Of a DNA stretch of 64,000 nucleotides, positions 37,161 through 47,352 are shown one piece after another. A program made the translations under genes and the position numbers. A model generated the notes under the pieces. It was not told the DNA's origin, made no database searches, and was given only the letters and a program-made list of their open reading frames with translations. The stretch's first letter is position 1, and every line of letters begins with the position of its first letter. The stretch comes from Sphingomonadales bacterium 28-55-16. Its GTDB lineage: Bacteria > Pseudomonadota > Alphaproteobacteria > Sphingomonadales > Sphingomonadaceae. The DNA lies in contig NCGG01000015.1 in NCBI GenBank assembly GCA_002278855.1, positions 31,685-95,684 on the forward strand. Reading direction: 5' to 3'.

Positions 37161-38372
37161 ATGAGCACGCCAAGCCCACAGGAACTCGCCGCCTTTGAAA
37201 CGCAATGCGATGCGTGGTTCGCCGAAAACACTGTCCGCGACCCGGGTTTCATGTTGCCACTGACCTTTATGGAAGTATCAACGGATCAACAGTTTGATTT
37301 CCTGCGCAACTGGCAGCGCAAGGTATATGAGGCAGGCTATTTCGGCATGTCCTGGCCAACCGAATATGGCGGCTATGGCATGCATCCCGAATATCAGCGT
37401 ATCGCCACACGGATCATGAAAAGCCATGACGCGCCGATCATGCTCAACGCGATTGCCAATGGCTGGACCGGGCCATTGTTGCTCGATATCGGTCGTGAAG
37501 AAGACAAAAGGCGCTTTATCAAGCCCATGCTGTCGGCTGAAGAAATCTGGTGTCAGGGCTTTTCCGAGCCTGAGCATGGTTCCGACCTTGGCAGCGCGCA
37601 GACCAAGGCGGTCCGTGATGGCGACGAATATGTCATCAACGGTTCCAAAATCTGGACCTCTTTGGGGGACCGTGCGGATTATATGATCCTGCTTGCGCGG
37701 ACATCAAATGATGGGCCAAGCAAATATGCAGGGCTGAGCTTCTTCCTTGCGCCAATGAAAATACCGGGTGTCGAAACCCGGCGTTTGAAGAAACTCACCG
37801 GTGAATATGGTTTTACCCAATGCTTTTTCACTGATGCGCGGATTCCGGCATCCGGCCTGGTCGGCGAAGAAGGGCAGGGCTGGATGGTTGCCATGAAGAC
37901 GCTCGAATATGAGCGCGGCGCCAAGGTTAATCCGGTCGGGGGCTATTTCGTCAAGGAAATGGACGTGATGGGCGTGGTCGACATGGCACGTTCCGCCAAG
38001 CGCGGTGGCAAGCCAGTGCTCGACGATCCGGTTATGCGCGATAAATTGGTCGATTACATGATTGAGATTCAGGCGCTCAACCTCAACAACCAACGCCGCC
38101 GTATGGCGCCTCTGACGAGCGATCGTCCTATGGGGCTTGCCCTGATGAACAAGCTGGCGCGGACCGAATTGGTGCGTGAGCTGACCGAATTCTCTTTGCA
38201 GTTCCAAGGCACGCGCGCTGGCTATTATGTTGGTGATGAAAATGCGGTCGATGATGGTTATTGGCACCGGTCTTATCTCAACAGCTTTTCCGCCACGATC
38301 GGTGGTGGCACCAGCCAGATTCAGAAAAATATCATCGGCGAACATGTGCTTGGCCTGCCCAAGGGGCGGTGA
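37161..38372 (+). CDS. Acyl-CoA dehydrogenase (PimC/FadE-type subclass)
   Basis: WCQGFSEPEHGSDL, INGSKIWTS, TLEYERG, TIGGGTSQIQKNII. Confidence 0.93.
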   Translation: MSTPSPQELAAFETQCDAWFAENTVRDPGFMLPLTFMEVSTDQQFDFLRNWQRKVYEAGYFGMSWPTEYGGYGMHPEYQRIATRIMKSHDAPIMLNAIANGWTGPLLLDIGREEDKRRFIKPMLSAEEIWCQGFSEPEHGSDLGSAQTKAVRDGDEYVINGSKIWTSLGDRADYMILLARTSNDGPSKYAGLSFFLAPMKIPGVETRRLKKLTGEYGFTQCFFTDARIPASGLVGEEGQGWMVAMKTLEYERGAKVNPVGGYFVKEMDVMGVVDMARSAKRGGKPVLDDPVMRDKLVDYMIEIQALNLNNQRRRMAPLTSDRPMGLALMNKLARTELVRELTEFSLQFQGTRAGYYVGDENAVDDGYWHRSYLNSFSATIGGGTSQIQKNIIGEHVLGLPKGR

Positions 38373-38514
38373 ACGATATTACACATCATAGCCCTGAGCG
38401 TGTTGAAGGGCGCTTTGCCGCGGAGTATATTTTCTGGCAACCAAGCGCCCCTTGAGGACGCAGCCCGATGGGGCTGTTGGCTAGGGGCTGGGGTTTTTGT
38501 TTGAGGAGAGTGAA

Positions 38515-39273
38515 TTGTCCGAAGTTCTAACCCAAGCCGAAAACGGCGTCCTGATCATCACCATCAACCGGCCCGAGGCCAAAAACGCCGTCAACCAAGC
38601 GGTGGCGCAAGGTATCGCGGCGGCAATGGAGCAGCTCGACAGCGACAAAAGCCTGAACGCGGGCATAATCACTGGGGCTGGCGGCACATTTTGCTCGGGC
38701 ATGGACCTAAAGGCATTTTTGCGGGGTGAGTTGCCCAGCATTAAGGGCAAGGGCTTTGCGGGGTTCATTGAATCGCCGCCCGCCAAACCTTTGATCGGCG
38801 CGGTTGAGGGCTATGCGCTCGCGGGGGGCATGGAAATCGCAATTGCCTGCGACCTGTTGGTGGCCAATGATAAGGCGCAGTTCGGCATTCCCGAAGTGAA
38901 GCGCAGCCTTGTCGCTGCTGCTGGGGGCCTGCTAACTTTGCCGTCGATCATCGGCAAGCGTATGGCGATGGAGCTTGCGCTGACGGGTGACTTTATCTCG
39001 GCACAGCGGGCATATGAGGTTGGTTTTGTAAACCGCGTTACCGAAGGCGCTGCCATTGACGCTGCGCTTGAGCTGGCGGCCAAGGTTGCTGCCAATGGGC
39101 CGCTGGCATTGATTGCGACCAAGCGCGTCATTAACGAACGGCCCGATTGGACGTCGGCAGAAATGTGGAAGAAGCAGAACGAAATTTGCGCGCCTGTTTT
39201 TAGTTCGCAGGATTCGCGCGAGGGTGCGTTGGCCTTTGCAGAGAAACGCAAACCCAACTGGCAGGGTGAATGA
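38515..39273 (+). CDS. Enoyl-CoA hydratase (crotonase)
   Basis: FCSGMDL, AVEGYALAGGMEIA, FGIPEVKR; TTG start at 38515 after GAGGAG. Confidence 0.93.
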   Translation: MSEVLTQAENGVLIITINRPEAKNAVNQAVAQGIAAAMEQLDSDKSLNAGIITGAGGTFCSGMDLKAFLRGELPSIKGKGFAGFIESPPAKPLIGAVEGYALAGGMEIAIACDLLVANDKAQFGIPEVKRSLVAAAGGLLTLPSIIGKRMAMELALTGDFISAQRAYEVGFVNRVTEGAAIDAALELAAKVAANGPLALIATKRVINERPDWTSAEMWKKQNEICAPVFSSQDSREGALAFAEKRKPNWQGE

Positions 39274-39306
39274 TCGCCGCAATCAGAATGTTGGAGGAAT
39301 AGAATA

Positions 39307-40842
39307 ATGGGTCATCCCGCCGTCCACGCCGCCGCCAATCCGCATAAACCTGCCGTCATCATGGCGGGCTCGGGTGAGATAATCACTTATGGTGCGCTCG
39401 ATACGCGGTCTAACCAGTGTGCACATCTGTTTCGCGCGCTAGGACTCCAGAATGGCGACACGGTTGCCTTCTGTCTTGAAAACCGGGCCGAGTTTTTCGA
39501 TCTGGTCTGGGGCGCGCAGCGGGCAGGGCTTGTGTATGTTGCGGTCAGTTGCCGGCTGACCCCGTCCGAAATCGATTATATCCTCAACGACAGCGGCGCA
39601 AAGGCGCTGTTCGCATCGCCCTATTTGGGCGCAACACTCGACCAGATTGAAAGTCCGGTGAAGCGGTTCATCGTTGGCGGGGAACATGCAGGTTGGGAAA
39701 GCTTCGCTGCCGCCGTGGCCGCACAGCCGACATCGCCAATCGCCGATGAGCGTGCGGGTACGGACATGCTGTACAGTTCCGGCACGACAGGGCAGCCAAA
39801 AGGTATCCGTTTCCCCTTGCCAGAGGACGCCGATATTGCGGCACCTAATGTGTTAGCCGGTCTCGCCATGATGGCGTTCAAATTTTCAGGCAACAGCATC
39901 TATTTGTCGCCAGCGCCGTTGTATCATGCCGCACCTTTGCGTTGGTGCGCGGCAGTCCACAGGCTTGGCGGCACGGTTGTGGTCATGGAGAAGTTTGATC
40001 CCGAAGCTGCCTTGGCGGCAATCGAGACATATAAGATCAACGCCAGCCAATGGGTGCCAACCCATTTCGCGCGGATGCTAAAGCTGCCCGAAGATGTGCG
40101 TTTGAAATATGACGTGTCGAGCCTGGAAACCGCTGTGCACGCAGCCGCCCCCTGTCCTGTTCCCATCAAGGAAGCGATGATTGCATGGTGGGGCCCCGTG
40201 CTCCGCGAATATTATGCAGGTACCGAGGGGCAAGGGATAACCTTCATCTCCAGCGAAGAATGGCTGACGCATAAGGGATCGGTCGGGCGGCCGCTTAACG
40301 CGGTTATGCACATTTGCGATGAAAATGGGGATGATGTGCCGGCAGGCCAAGAGGGCACAGTATTCTTCGAGAGCACCGCATCGTTCAGCTATCATAATGA
40401 TCCTGAAAAAACCAAAGGCGCGACCAACAAGCATGGCTGGACAACGCTGGGTGATGTCGGGCGGCTCGATGAAGAGGGCTATCTTTATCTCACCGACCGC
40501 AAAAGCTTCATGATCATTTCGGGCGGGGTGAACATCTACCCGCAGGAAATTGAAAACCATCTGGTAACGCACCCACGCGTTCGCGACGTTGCCGTTATCG
40601 GCGGTCCGCATGACGAAATGGGCGAAGAGGTCATTGCTGTCGTGCAGCCATTGGATATGGCGGACGCGGGCGATGCATTGCGCGACGAACTCACCATTTT
40701 TGCGCGGGAGAAGCTGTCGGGCATCAAAATTCCCCGCCGGATCGATTTTCGCGAAGAGCTTCCCCGCCACGATACCGGCAAACTCTACAAACGCCTGCTG
40801 CGCGATGAATATTGGGCGAAGCAGGACAAGCCATCAACTTAA
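39307..40842 (+). CDS. Acyl-CoA synthetase (AMP-binding)
   Basis: LYSSGTTGQPKG, EYYAGTEG, TLGDVG, LTDRKSFMIISGGVNIYPQEIE, GKLYKR. Confidence 0.95.
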   Translation: MGHPAVHAAANPHKPAVIMAGSGEIITYGALDTRSNQCAHLFRALGLQNGDTVAFCLENRAEFFDLVWGAQRAGLVYVAVSCRLTPSEIDYILNDSGAKALFASPYLGATLDQIESPVKRFIVGGEHAGWESFAAAVAAQPTSPIADERAGTDMLYSSGTTGQPKGIRFPLPEDADIAAPNVLAGLAMMAFKFSGNSIYLSPAPLYHAAPLRWCAAVHRLGGTVVVMEKFDPEAALAAIETYKINASQWVPTHFARMLKLPEDVRLKYDVSSLETAVHAAAPCPVPIKEAMIAWWGPVLREYYAGTEGQGITFISSEEWLTHKGSVGRPLNAVMHICDENGDDVPAGQEGTVFFESTASFSYHNDPEKTKGATNKHGWTTLGDVGRLDEEGYLYLTDRKSFMIISGGVNIYPQEIENHLVTHPRVRDVAVIGGPHDEMGEEVIAVVQPLDMADAGDALRDELTIFAREKLSGIKIPRRIDFREELPRHDTGKLYKRLLRDEYWAKQDKPST

Positions 40843-40877
40843 GGCTATAATGCCACAGACTCATCAGGAGATAGACA

Positions 40878-42299
40878 ATGACCACGCAGTATAAGAATCT
40901 CATCAACGGCGAAATGGTTGACAACGGCCAATGGATTGACGTCGTCAACCCCGCGACCGAACAGGTTATTGGCCAAGTGCCCGATTGCGGACAGGCAGAT
41001 CTGGACAAGGCTGTTGCCGCAGCGCGCGCTGCTTTCCAGACATGGAAGAAGACCAGCGTCGAAGAACGCCGCGCATTGTTTGCGAAAATGGCCGACGTTA
41101 TCAAGGCGAACAGCGATGAGCTGATGCGTTTGTTGACCGCGGAACAGGGCAAGCCGCACATGCAGGCGGGCAGCGAAATCGCTGGCTGCGTTGGCATGAC
41201 ACGCGCATTGCCGATGCTAAACCTTGAAGAAAAAATCACTGAGGACAGCGACAAGCGCCTCAGCCGCACGCGCCGCGTGCCCGTTGGCGTGGTTGGCGGC
41301 ATTGTGCCATGGAATTTCCCGGTGTTGATGGCGATCCAGAAGATCGTGCCCGCTTTGCTGTCGGGCTGCACCATGGTGTTGAAGCCATCGCCGTTCACGC
41401 CGTTGGCGACCTTGCGCTTGGCTGAACTGGTTGCTGGCGTGTTCCCGCCGGGCGTCTTGAACATCATCACTGGCGGCGATGCGCTTGGACCGTTGCTGAC
41501 CGCGCATCCCGATATCGACAAAATCACCTTCACGGGTTCAACCGCCACCGGCAAACGTGTCATGGAATCGGCATCGAAGGACTTGAAGCGCATTACGCTT
41601 GAACTGGGCGGCAACGACGCTGCGATTGTTTTGCCGGATGCAGACGTCGGCAAGGTCGCCGAAAAGCTGTTCTGGGCCAGCTTCTACAACGCGGGCCAAG
41701 TCTGCATCGCGGCCAAGCGCATTTACATTCACGAAGATATTTACGACGAATTGTCGGGCGCGATTGCCGCATATGCCAAAGCGGTCAAGGTTGGCGATGG
41801 CGCAGAGCAGGGCACTGCGATTGGTCCCATTCAGAACAAGCCGCAGTATAAGCGCGTGCTTGAGCTCATTCAGGACGCGAAGGACAAGGGCTATAAATTC
41901 TTGGCGGGCGGCGACCATGATGCTTCGATTCCAGGTTATTTCGTGCCTGTCACCGTGCTTGATAACCCGCCTGAAGATGCGCGTATTGTGGCCGAAGAGC
42001 AATTCGGCCCCGTCATGCCGTTGATGAAGTTTTCGACAATCAACGAAGTCATCAGCCGCGCCAATGCTTCGGATTATGGCCTTGCAGGGTCGATTTGGAC
42101 CAGCAACCCCGAAGCTGCGGTTGAAGTGGCAGAGCAATTGGAAACAGGAACAGTGTGGATTAACGAATCCATGCACCTTGCCCCCAACGCACCATTTGCC
42201 GGACATAAGCAGTCAGGCTTTGGTGCAGAATTGGGCGAGGAAGGCTTGCTCGAATTCACCTATCCACAAGTAATCACAATCGCACGCGAAGCGGCTTGA
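40878..42299 (+). CDS. Aldehyde dehydrogenase
   Basis: PWNFP, FTGSTATG, LELGGND (catalytic E), NAGQVCIA (catalytic C), EEQFGP. Confidence 0.96.
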   Translation: MTTQYKNLINGEMVDNGQWIDVVNPATEQVIGQVPDCGQADLDKAVAAARAAFQTWKKTSVEERRALFAKMADVIKANSDELMRLLTAEQGKPHMQAGSEIAGCVGMTRALPMLNLEEKITEDSDKRLSRTRRVPVGVVGGIVPWNFPVLMAIQKIVPALLSGCTMVLKPSPFTPLATLRLAELVAGVFPPGVLNIITGGDALGPLLTAHPDIDKITFTGSTATGKRVMESASKDLKRITLELGGNDAAIVLPDADVGKVAEKLFWASFYNAGQVCIAAKRIYIHEDIYDELSGAIAAYAKAVKVGDGAEQGTAIGPIQNKPQYKRVLELIQDAKDKGYKFLAGGDHDASIPGYFVPVTVLDNPPEDARIVAEEQFGPVMPLMKFSTINEVISRANASDYGLAGSIWTSNPEAAVEVAEQLETGTVWINESMHLAPNAPFAGHKQSGFGAELGEEGLLEFTYPQVITIAREAA

Positions 42300-42305
42300 T
42301 TTAAT

Positions 42306-42332
42306 CCTCCCCATCGCAAGTCGATGGGGAGG
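42306..42332 (+). terminator. GC-rich hairpin after ALDH (terminator or REP-like)
   Basis: CCTCCCCATCG-CAAGT-CGATGGGGAGG; no U tract. Confidence 0.5.
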
Positions 42333-42364
42333 CCAATCTCACCCTTGACTCTCCCCTTCCACAG

Positions 42365-42382
42365 TTTAATCGTCTGATTAAA
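42365..42382. promoter_or_regulatory. Palindromic operator (copy 2) upstream of the thiolase
   Basis: TTTAATCGTCTGATTAAA, downstream of TTGACT at 42345-42350. Confidence 0.6.
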
Positions 42383-42405
42383 TTTCGAACAACAGGAGAG
42401 AAAAA

Positions 42406-43575
42406 ATGGCAGACGCCTATATTGTAGATGCGGTCCGTACCGCTGGTGGCCGTCGCGGCGGTAAGCTTGCGGGTGTTCACCCGGTTGATCTGGGTGCTGC
42501 GGTTCTCGATTCCATTGCTGATCGCAATGATTTTGACCCTGCGGCGATTGAAGACGTCATCATGGGCTGCGTCATGCAAGGCGGTGAGCAAGCGGGCGAC
42601 GTCGGCCGCAATATCGTGCTTGCGTCGCGTCTTCCAAACTCCATCCCATCGGTCAGTATTGACCGCCAGTGCGGATCGTCACAGCAATCGATGATGTTCG
42701 CAGCGCAAGGCGTGATGTCTGGCACACAGGATATCGTGCTTGCCGCTGGCATCGAAAGCATGACACGCGTCCCAATGGGCTCAACATCCATGCTGTTCAA
42801 AAAAGAAGGCATGGGCACATATAAAAGCCCGCGTTTGGAAGAGGCCTATCCTGGCATCATGTTCAGTCAGTTCATGGGCGCAGAAATGCTCGTGAAGAAA
42901 TATGGCTTTACCCGCGAAGACCTTGACCAGTTCGCACTTGAATCGCATCAAAAAGCGATCGCGGCAACGCAAAGCGGTGCCTTTGCGAATGAAATCGTGG
43001 GCATGGAAGTCGATACGCCAGAGGGCAAGATCGTCCACAGCACCGACGAAGGCATTCGTTATGATGCGACCTTCGAAAGCCTCTCGGGCGTTAAGTTGCT
43101 TCAGGAGGGCGGTTCCATCACTGCGGCCAATGCCAGCCAGATTTGCGATGGCGCATCGGCGGTTCTGATTGTGTCGGAAAAGGCGTTGAAAGAACATGGC
43201 TTGACCCCGCGCGCGCGGATCGTGAACTTGACGGTGACGGCGGGTGACCCAGTGATCATGCTGGAAGAGCCATTATTTGCGACCGACCGTGCGTTTCAGC
43301 GTTCGGGCATGAAGATTTCGGATATCGACCTGTATGAAGTGAACGAAGCTTTCGCGCCTGTGCCTTTGGCTTGGCTGAAGCATATTGGCGGAGACCGGTC
43401 CAAGATCAACGTCCATGGCGGCGCGATCGCTTTGGGGCACCCATTGGGCGCATCGGGCACGAAGCTGATGGCAACGTTGCTGAATGCGCTTGAAGCACGT
43501 GGCGGTCGTTATGGCCTGCAAACGATGTGCGAAGGTGGCGGTCAGGCGAACGTTACGATTATCGAGCGGGTTTAA
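42406..43575 (+). CDS. Acetyl-CoA C-acyltransferase (thiolase)
   Basis: IDRQCGSS (catalytic C), NEAFA, GHPLGASG, TMCEGGG. Confidence 0.96.
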   Translation: MADAYIVDAVRTAGGRRGGKLAGVHPVDLGAAVLDSIADRNDFDPAAIEDVIMGCVMQGGEQAGDVGRNIVLASRLPNSIPSVSIDRQCGSSQQSMMFAAQGVMSGTQDIVLAAGIESMTRVPMGSTSMLFKKEGMGTYKSPRLEEAYPGIMFSQFMGAEMLVKKYGFTREDLDQFALESHQKAIAATQSGAFANEIVGMEVDTPEGKIVHSTDEGIRYDATFESLSGVKLLQEGGSITAANASQICDGASAVLIVSEKALKEHGLTPRARIVNLTVTAGDPVIMLEEPLFATDRAFQRSGMKISDIDLYEVNEAFAPVPLAWLKHIGGDRSKINVHGGAIALGHPLGASGTKLMATLLNALEARGGRYGLQTMCEGGGQANVTIIERV

Positions 43576-43593
43576 CGCGCAACCATCCACAAG

Positions 43594-43668
43594 CGTCATC
43601 CTGAACGTGTTTCAGGGTCTTAATTTTCACCGTCCAAAATAAGATGCTGAAACGCGTTCAGCATGACG
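43594..43668. repeat. Inverted REP pair (REPIN-like)
   Basis: 27-nt arms CGTCATCCTGAACGTGTTTCAGGGTCT and AGATGCTGAAACGCGTTCAGCATGACG, with 4 mismatches between them; each arm is internally palindromic. Confidence 0.75.
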
Positions 43669-43690
43669 GTCCAAAAGATCAGGAGTTTTT

Positions 43691-44473
43691 ATGAAATTGG
43701 ATTCAACAGTCGCAGCAGTCGTTACCGGCGGCGCATCGGGCCTTGGCGAAGCAACTGCACGGGCGCTTGCCGCCAAAGGCGTGAAGGTCGCTATATTCGA
43801 TTTGCAAGCCGACAAGGGCGAGGCGCTTGCCGCTGAAATTGGCGGCGTGTTCTGCAACGTCAATGTCACCAGTGACGAAAGCGTCGACGCTGGCTTCGCC
43901 AAGGCGCGTGCGGCACATGGTCAGGAACGTATCTTGGTCAACTGCGCTGGCACAGGCAACGCAGCGAAGACGGCGAGCCGTTCGAAGGAAGACGGGTCGA
44001 TTAAACATTTCCCGCTCGATGCCTTTGACCGGATCATTCAGATCAACCTGGTGGGGACGTTCCGCTGCATCGCCAAGTCGGCGGCCGGCATGCTGACGCT
44101 TGAGCCGATGGAAGACGGCGAGCGCGGCGCGATGGTCAACACAGCGTCGGTTGCGGCCGAAGACGGCCAGATGGGCCAAGCGGCTTATTCGGCATCAAAG
44201 GGCGGCATTGTGGGCATGACTTTGCCAATCGCCCGCGACCTGATGAGCGAAGGCATTCGGATCAACACGATCCTGCCGGGTATCTTTAACACGCCATTGA
44301 TGAATGGTGCACCGCAAGCCGTTAAAGACGCGCTCGCCGCATCCGTGCCCTTCCCCAAGCGCCTCGGCCATCCGCATGAATTTGCGCAAGTTGCGATGAC
44401 GATGATCGAATGTGGTTATTTCAATGGCGAAGATGTCCGCATTGATGGTGCGATCCGGATGGCGCCACGGTAA
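43691..44473 (+). CDS. SDR 3-hydroxyacyl-CoA dehydrogenase (HSD10/FadB2-like)
   Basis: VTGGASGLG, VNCAG, NTASVAA, AAYSASKGG, YFNGEDVRIDGAIRM. Confidence 0.93.
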   Translation: MKLDSTVAAVVTGGASGLGEATARALAAKGVKVAIFDLQADKGEALAAEIGGVFCNVNVTSDESVDAGFAKARAAHGQERILVNCAGTGNAAKTASRSKEDGSIKHFPLDAFDRIIQINLVGTFRCIAKSAAGMLTLEPMEDGERGAMVNTASVAAEDGQMGQAAYSASKGGIVGMTLPIARDLMSEGIRINTILPGIFNTPLMNGAPQAVKDALAASVPFPKRLGHPHEFAQVAMTMIECGYFNGEDVRIDGAIRMAPR

Positions 44474-44499
44474 CTGAAAGCAATTATGACACATAACCG

Positions 44500-44543
44500 A
44501 AGCCCTGAGTCGCAGCCGCTAGCCGGCGGCTGCTTAGGGCTTT
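44500..44543 (+). terminator. Hairpin after the SDR gene
   Basis: AAGCCCTGAG..GCAGCCGC-TAGCCG-GCGGCTGCTTAGGGCTTT followed by a T-rich tail. Confidence 0.6.
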
Positions 44544-44567
44544 GTTTTTATTGCGAGGCGCGCGGCT

Positions 44568-45440
44568 ATGAATGAGTTCACCCAAATTCAATATGATGTT
44601 GATGACGGTATCGCGACGATTATCATGCACCGTCCGGAAAAGATGAACGCATTCACCAACGTCATGATGCGCGAAATGTGCGCGGCGTTTGATTTGGTGG
44701 ACGGCGATGATGACGTGCGCGCTGTCATCGTCACGGGATCGGGCGATCGCGCCTTTTGCGCAGGGGCGGACCTTACCCCCGATTCAGGCGGTGATGTATT
44801 CGCGAGCAGGTCGGAGGTCGAATCACTGTCGGATGAACGCGTACGCGATTCTGGCGGGCGGCTGACGCTGCGGATATTCCAATGTACAAAACCCGTTATC
44901 GGCGCAATCAACGGCGCTGCGGTGGGCATTGGCGCAACTATGCAATTGCCCATGGATTTCCGCTTGGCCAGCAACACGGCCCGCTTTGGCTTCGTCTTTG
45001 CACGGCGCGGCATCGTGCCTGAGGCCGCCTCTAGCTGGTTTCTGCCGCGCTTGGTGGGTATGCAACAGGCTTTGGAATGGTGCATGACTGGCCGCGTTTT
45101 CGATGCTGCCGAGGCTTTAAACGGTGGCCTCGTCCGTTCAGTCCATGCCCCGAATGCGTTGCTGGAAGCGGCGCGCGCTTTGGCCCGCGAGATTGCGGAT
45201 AACACGGCGCCAGTGTCCATTGCGTTGACACGTGCAATGCTGTGGCGGCTGTCAGCGGCAGACCATCCCATGGCCGCACATCAAATTGATAGCCGCGCCA
45301 TTTACCGCCGGTCGCGGTCTGGCGATGCAAAAGAGGGGATAGCGAGCTTCCTTGAAAAACGCAGCCCTGTTTATCCCGACAAAGTTTCGACAGATTTGCC
45401 GGACTTCTTTCCATGGTGGGACGAACCTGCTTATAAGTAA
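44568..45440 (+). CDS. Enoyl-CoA hydratase/crotonase-family protein
   Basis: AFCAGADL, INGAAVGIGATMQLPMDFR, RRGIVPEA. Confidence 0.92.
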   Translation: MNEFTQIQYDVDDGIATIIMHRPEKMNAFTNVMMREMCAAFDLVDGDDDVRAVIVTGSGDRAFCAGADLTPDSGGDVFASRSEVESLSDERVRDSGGRLTLRIFQCTKPVIGAINGAAVGIGATMQLPMDFRLASNTARFGFVFARRGIVPEAASSWFLPRLVGMQQALEWCMTGRVFDAAEALNGGLVRSVHAPNALLEAARALAREIADNTAPVSIALTRAMLWRLSAADHPMAAHQIDSRAIYRRSRSGDAKEGIASFLEKRSPVYPDKVSTDLPDFFPWWDEPAYK

Positions 45441-45467
45441 CCCCATGTAAAGGGAAGCAGGGCACCA

Positions 45468-46106
45468 ATGGCTACAACAGGACCGAGACTGGCGAGCGAT
45501 TCAGCGGACGGGAACAGTGCGCGCGATCAGTTGATTGAAGCCGCCAGCCAGATCATGCGCGAGGGTGATACGCTTGACCTGTCGCTGTCCGAACTGTCGT
45601 TACGCGCTGGCCTGAACAGCGCGTTGGTTAAATATTATTTTGGCAATAAAAATGGCTTGATGCTCGCGCTGCTTGACCGCGACATGGGCAATATCGTGCA
45701 AAGCCTTAATGCGTTGATCGCAAAAGACATGCCGCCTGCTGACAAATTGCGGATTCATATCGGCGCGGTGATCGACACTTATCATGCCTTCCCATATCTC
45801 AATCGCTTGCTGATGCGGATGGTCCGCGACAGCGCCCCTGCCGAAGCAGCGCGGATAGCCGATTTGTATTTAAAGCCGATTTCCAAGACGTATGAAGTGC
45901 TCATTACCCAAGGCGTGAAAGCTGGAAAATTTCGCAAAACAGACCCGCAGTTTTTCTACTTCACCGTGACGGGCGCGGCCGACCGCTTTTATTCTTCACG
46001 GCTGGTGCTGCGGCATTGCTATAATCAAGACGATTTCGACGAGAATATGCGCGATGCCTATCGTGAGCATACGATTGACCTGATCATGCGCGGGTTGTTG
46101 GTTTAG
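45468..46106 (+). CDS. TetR-family transcriptional regulator
   Basis: N-terminal HTH SLSELSLRAGLNSALVKYYFGNK. Confidence 0.92.
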   Translation: MATTGPRLASDSADGNSARDQLIEAASQIMREGDTLDLSLSELSLRAGLNSALVKYYFGNKNGLMLALLDRDMGNIVQSLNALIAKDMPPADKLRIHIGAVIDTYHAFPYLNRLLMRMVRDSAPAEAARIADLYLKPISKTYEVLITQGVKAGKFRKTDPQFFYFTVTGAADRFYSSRLVLRHCYNQDDFDENMRDAYREHTIDLIMRGLLV

Positions 46107-46120
46107 GCGACCGCCGCCTC

Positions 46121-47314
46121 TCACATTCCCAATGCAGCTCTAATTTCATCGCCATCGGCATCCAGCATGGGTGGATGGGCGTAATTGGACACCGGCGTTC
46201 CGGCATAATGCACAGGATGCTTCATCGACCGATAGGTTCCAATCTCCGGCGACTCCATCTCTTCAAAAAATCCGACATCGGCCAAATGCGGATCCGTGAG
46301 GACATCGGCCATGCGGTTATATTTCATCGCTGGAATGTCATGCTCTGCCAGCAGGTCAAGCCATTCTGCGGTGGTCCGCGTGGCGCTGACTTCCTCGATC
46401 AAGGCATATAGCTCGCCTGTATGCTTGGTGCGTTCCTGATAGGTCGAAAAGCGTGGGTCATCGAAGACATTGGGCCTGCCGCCCAATTCAAAAAATGTCG
46501 CCCATTGCCGGTCATTATAAGGGACAATCGCAATAAAGCTGTCCTTGGTCGGATAGGGCCGGCGCCGGGGGTTTACGGACCGCGTATAGCCCATGCGGCC
46601 ATTGCCGGGGACAAAGGTTTCACCCCATAAATTCTCCACCATGTTGAACCAGGTGAAGCATTCGAACATCGGCACTTGGACAAATTGCCCGCCTTGACCG
46701 CCCGCGCGGCCAAGCAATGCCGCCATGGTTGCATTGGCTGCAAACAGACCGCTGACCTTGTCGGCGACAAGGCTGGGGGAATAAGTTGGCCGCCCGCCAT
46801 CGCGCTGCGCGCTCAGTGCAGCAAAGCCAGACGCGGCTTGAATAAGATCATCATAAGCCTGTCGCTCGCCATAAGCGCCGCCTGCACCAAAGCCAGCGCA
46901 GTGGACATAGACAATGTTGGGGTTGATTGCCTTCACCGCCTCATAGCCAAAACCAAGCCGCTCGACACCCGCCATGCGGACATTGTGGATGAAGACATCG
47001 GCCTCTTCCAACAACGCCGCGAGCACGGCTTTATCTTCAGGCTTTTTGATGTTCAGGTTGATGGCTTTTTTGTTGCGGTTCAGCGCGGTGAATATCGGCC
47101 CATGCTGCTTGGTAGGCGAATCACCGCCATGGCGCATCAGATCGCCGGGCGTGTTGCCTTCGCTGTTTTCGATTTTGATCACCTCGGCGCCCAAATCGGC
47201 CAATTGCACCGTCGCATAAGGCCCAAGCACTACCGTGGCCATGTCGACGACCTTAATGCCCTTCAATGGCCCGGTTGGCTCTTTGTCCCATGTCAATTTC
47301 GGCCATTTTGCCAT
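46121..47314 (-). CDS. CaiB/BaiF (family III) CoA-transferase
   Basis: GPLKGIKVVD, LGAEVIKIE, NRNKK, AYDDLIQA; start 47314 with AAGGAG RBS. Confidence 0.94.
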   Translation of the reverse strand: MAKWPKLTWDKEPTGPLKGIKVVDMATVVLGPYATVQLADLGAEVIKIENSEGNTPGDLMRHGGDSPTKQHGPIFTALNRNKKAINLNIKKPEDKAVLAALLEEADVFIHNVRMAGVERLGFGYEAVKAINPNIVYVHCAGFGAGGAYGERQAYDDLIQAASGFAALSAQRDGGRPTYSPSLVADKVSGLFAANATMAALLGRAGGQGGQFVQVPMFECFTWFNMVENLWGETFVPGNGRMGYTRSVNPRRRPYPTKDSFIAIVPYNDRQWATFFELGGRPNVFDDPRFSTYQERTKHTGELYALIEEVSATRTTAEWLDLLAEHDIPAMKYNRMADVLTDPHLADVGFFEEMESPEIGTYRSMKHPVHYAGTPVSNYAHPPMLDADGDEIRAALGM

Positions 47315-47352
47315 TTGCGCTCTCCTTATAGCTTGCATCGACTGCTAGCATA

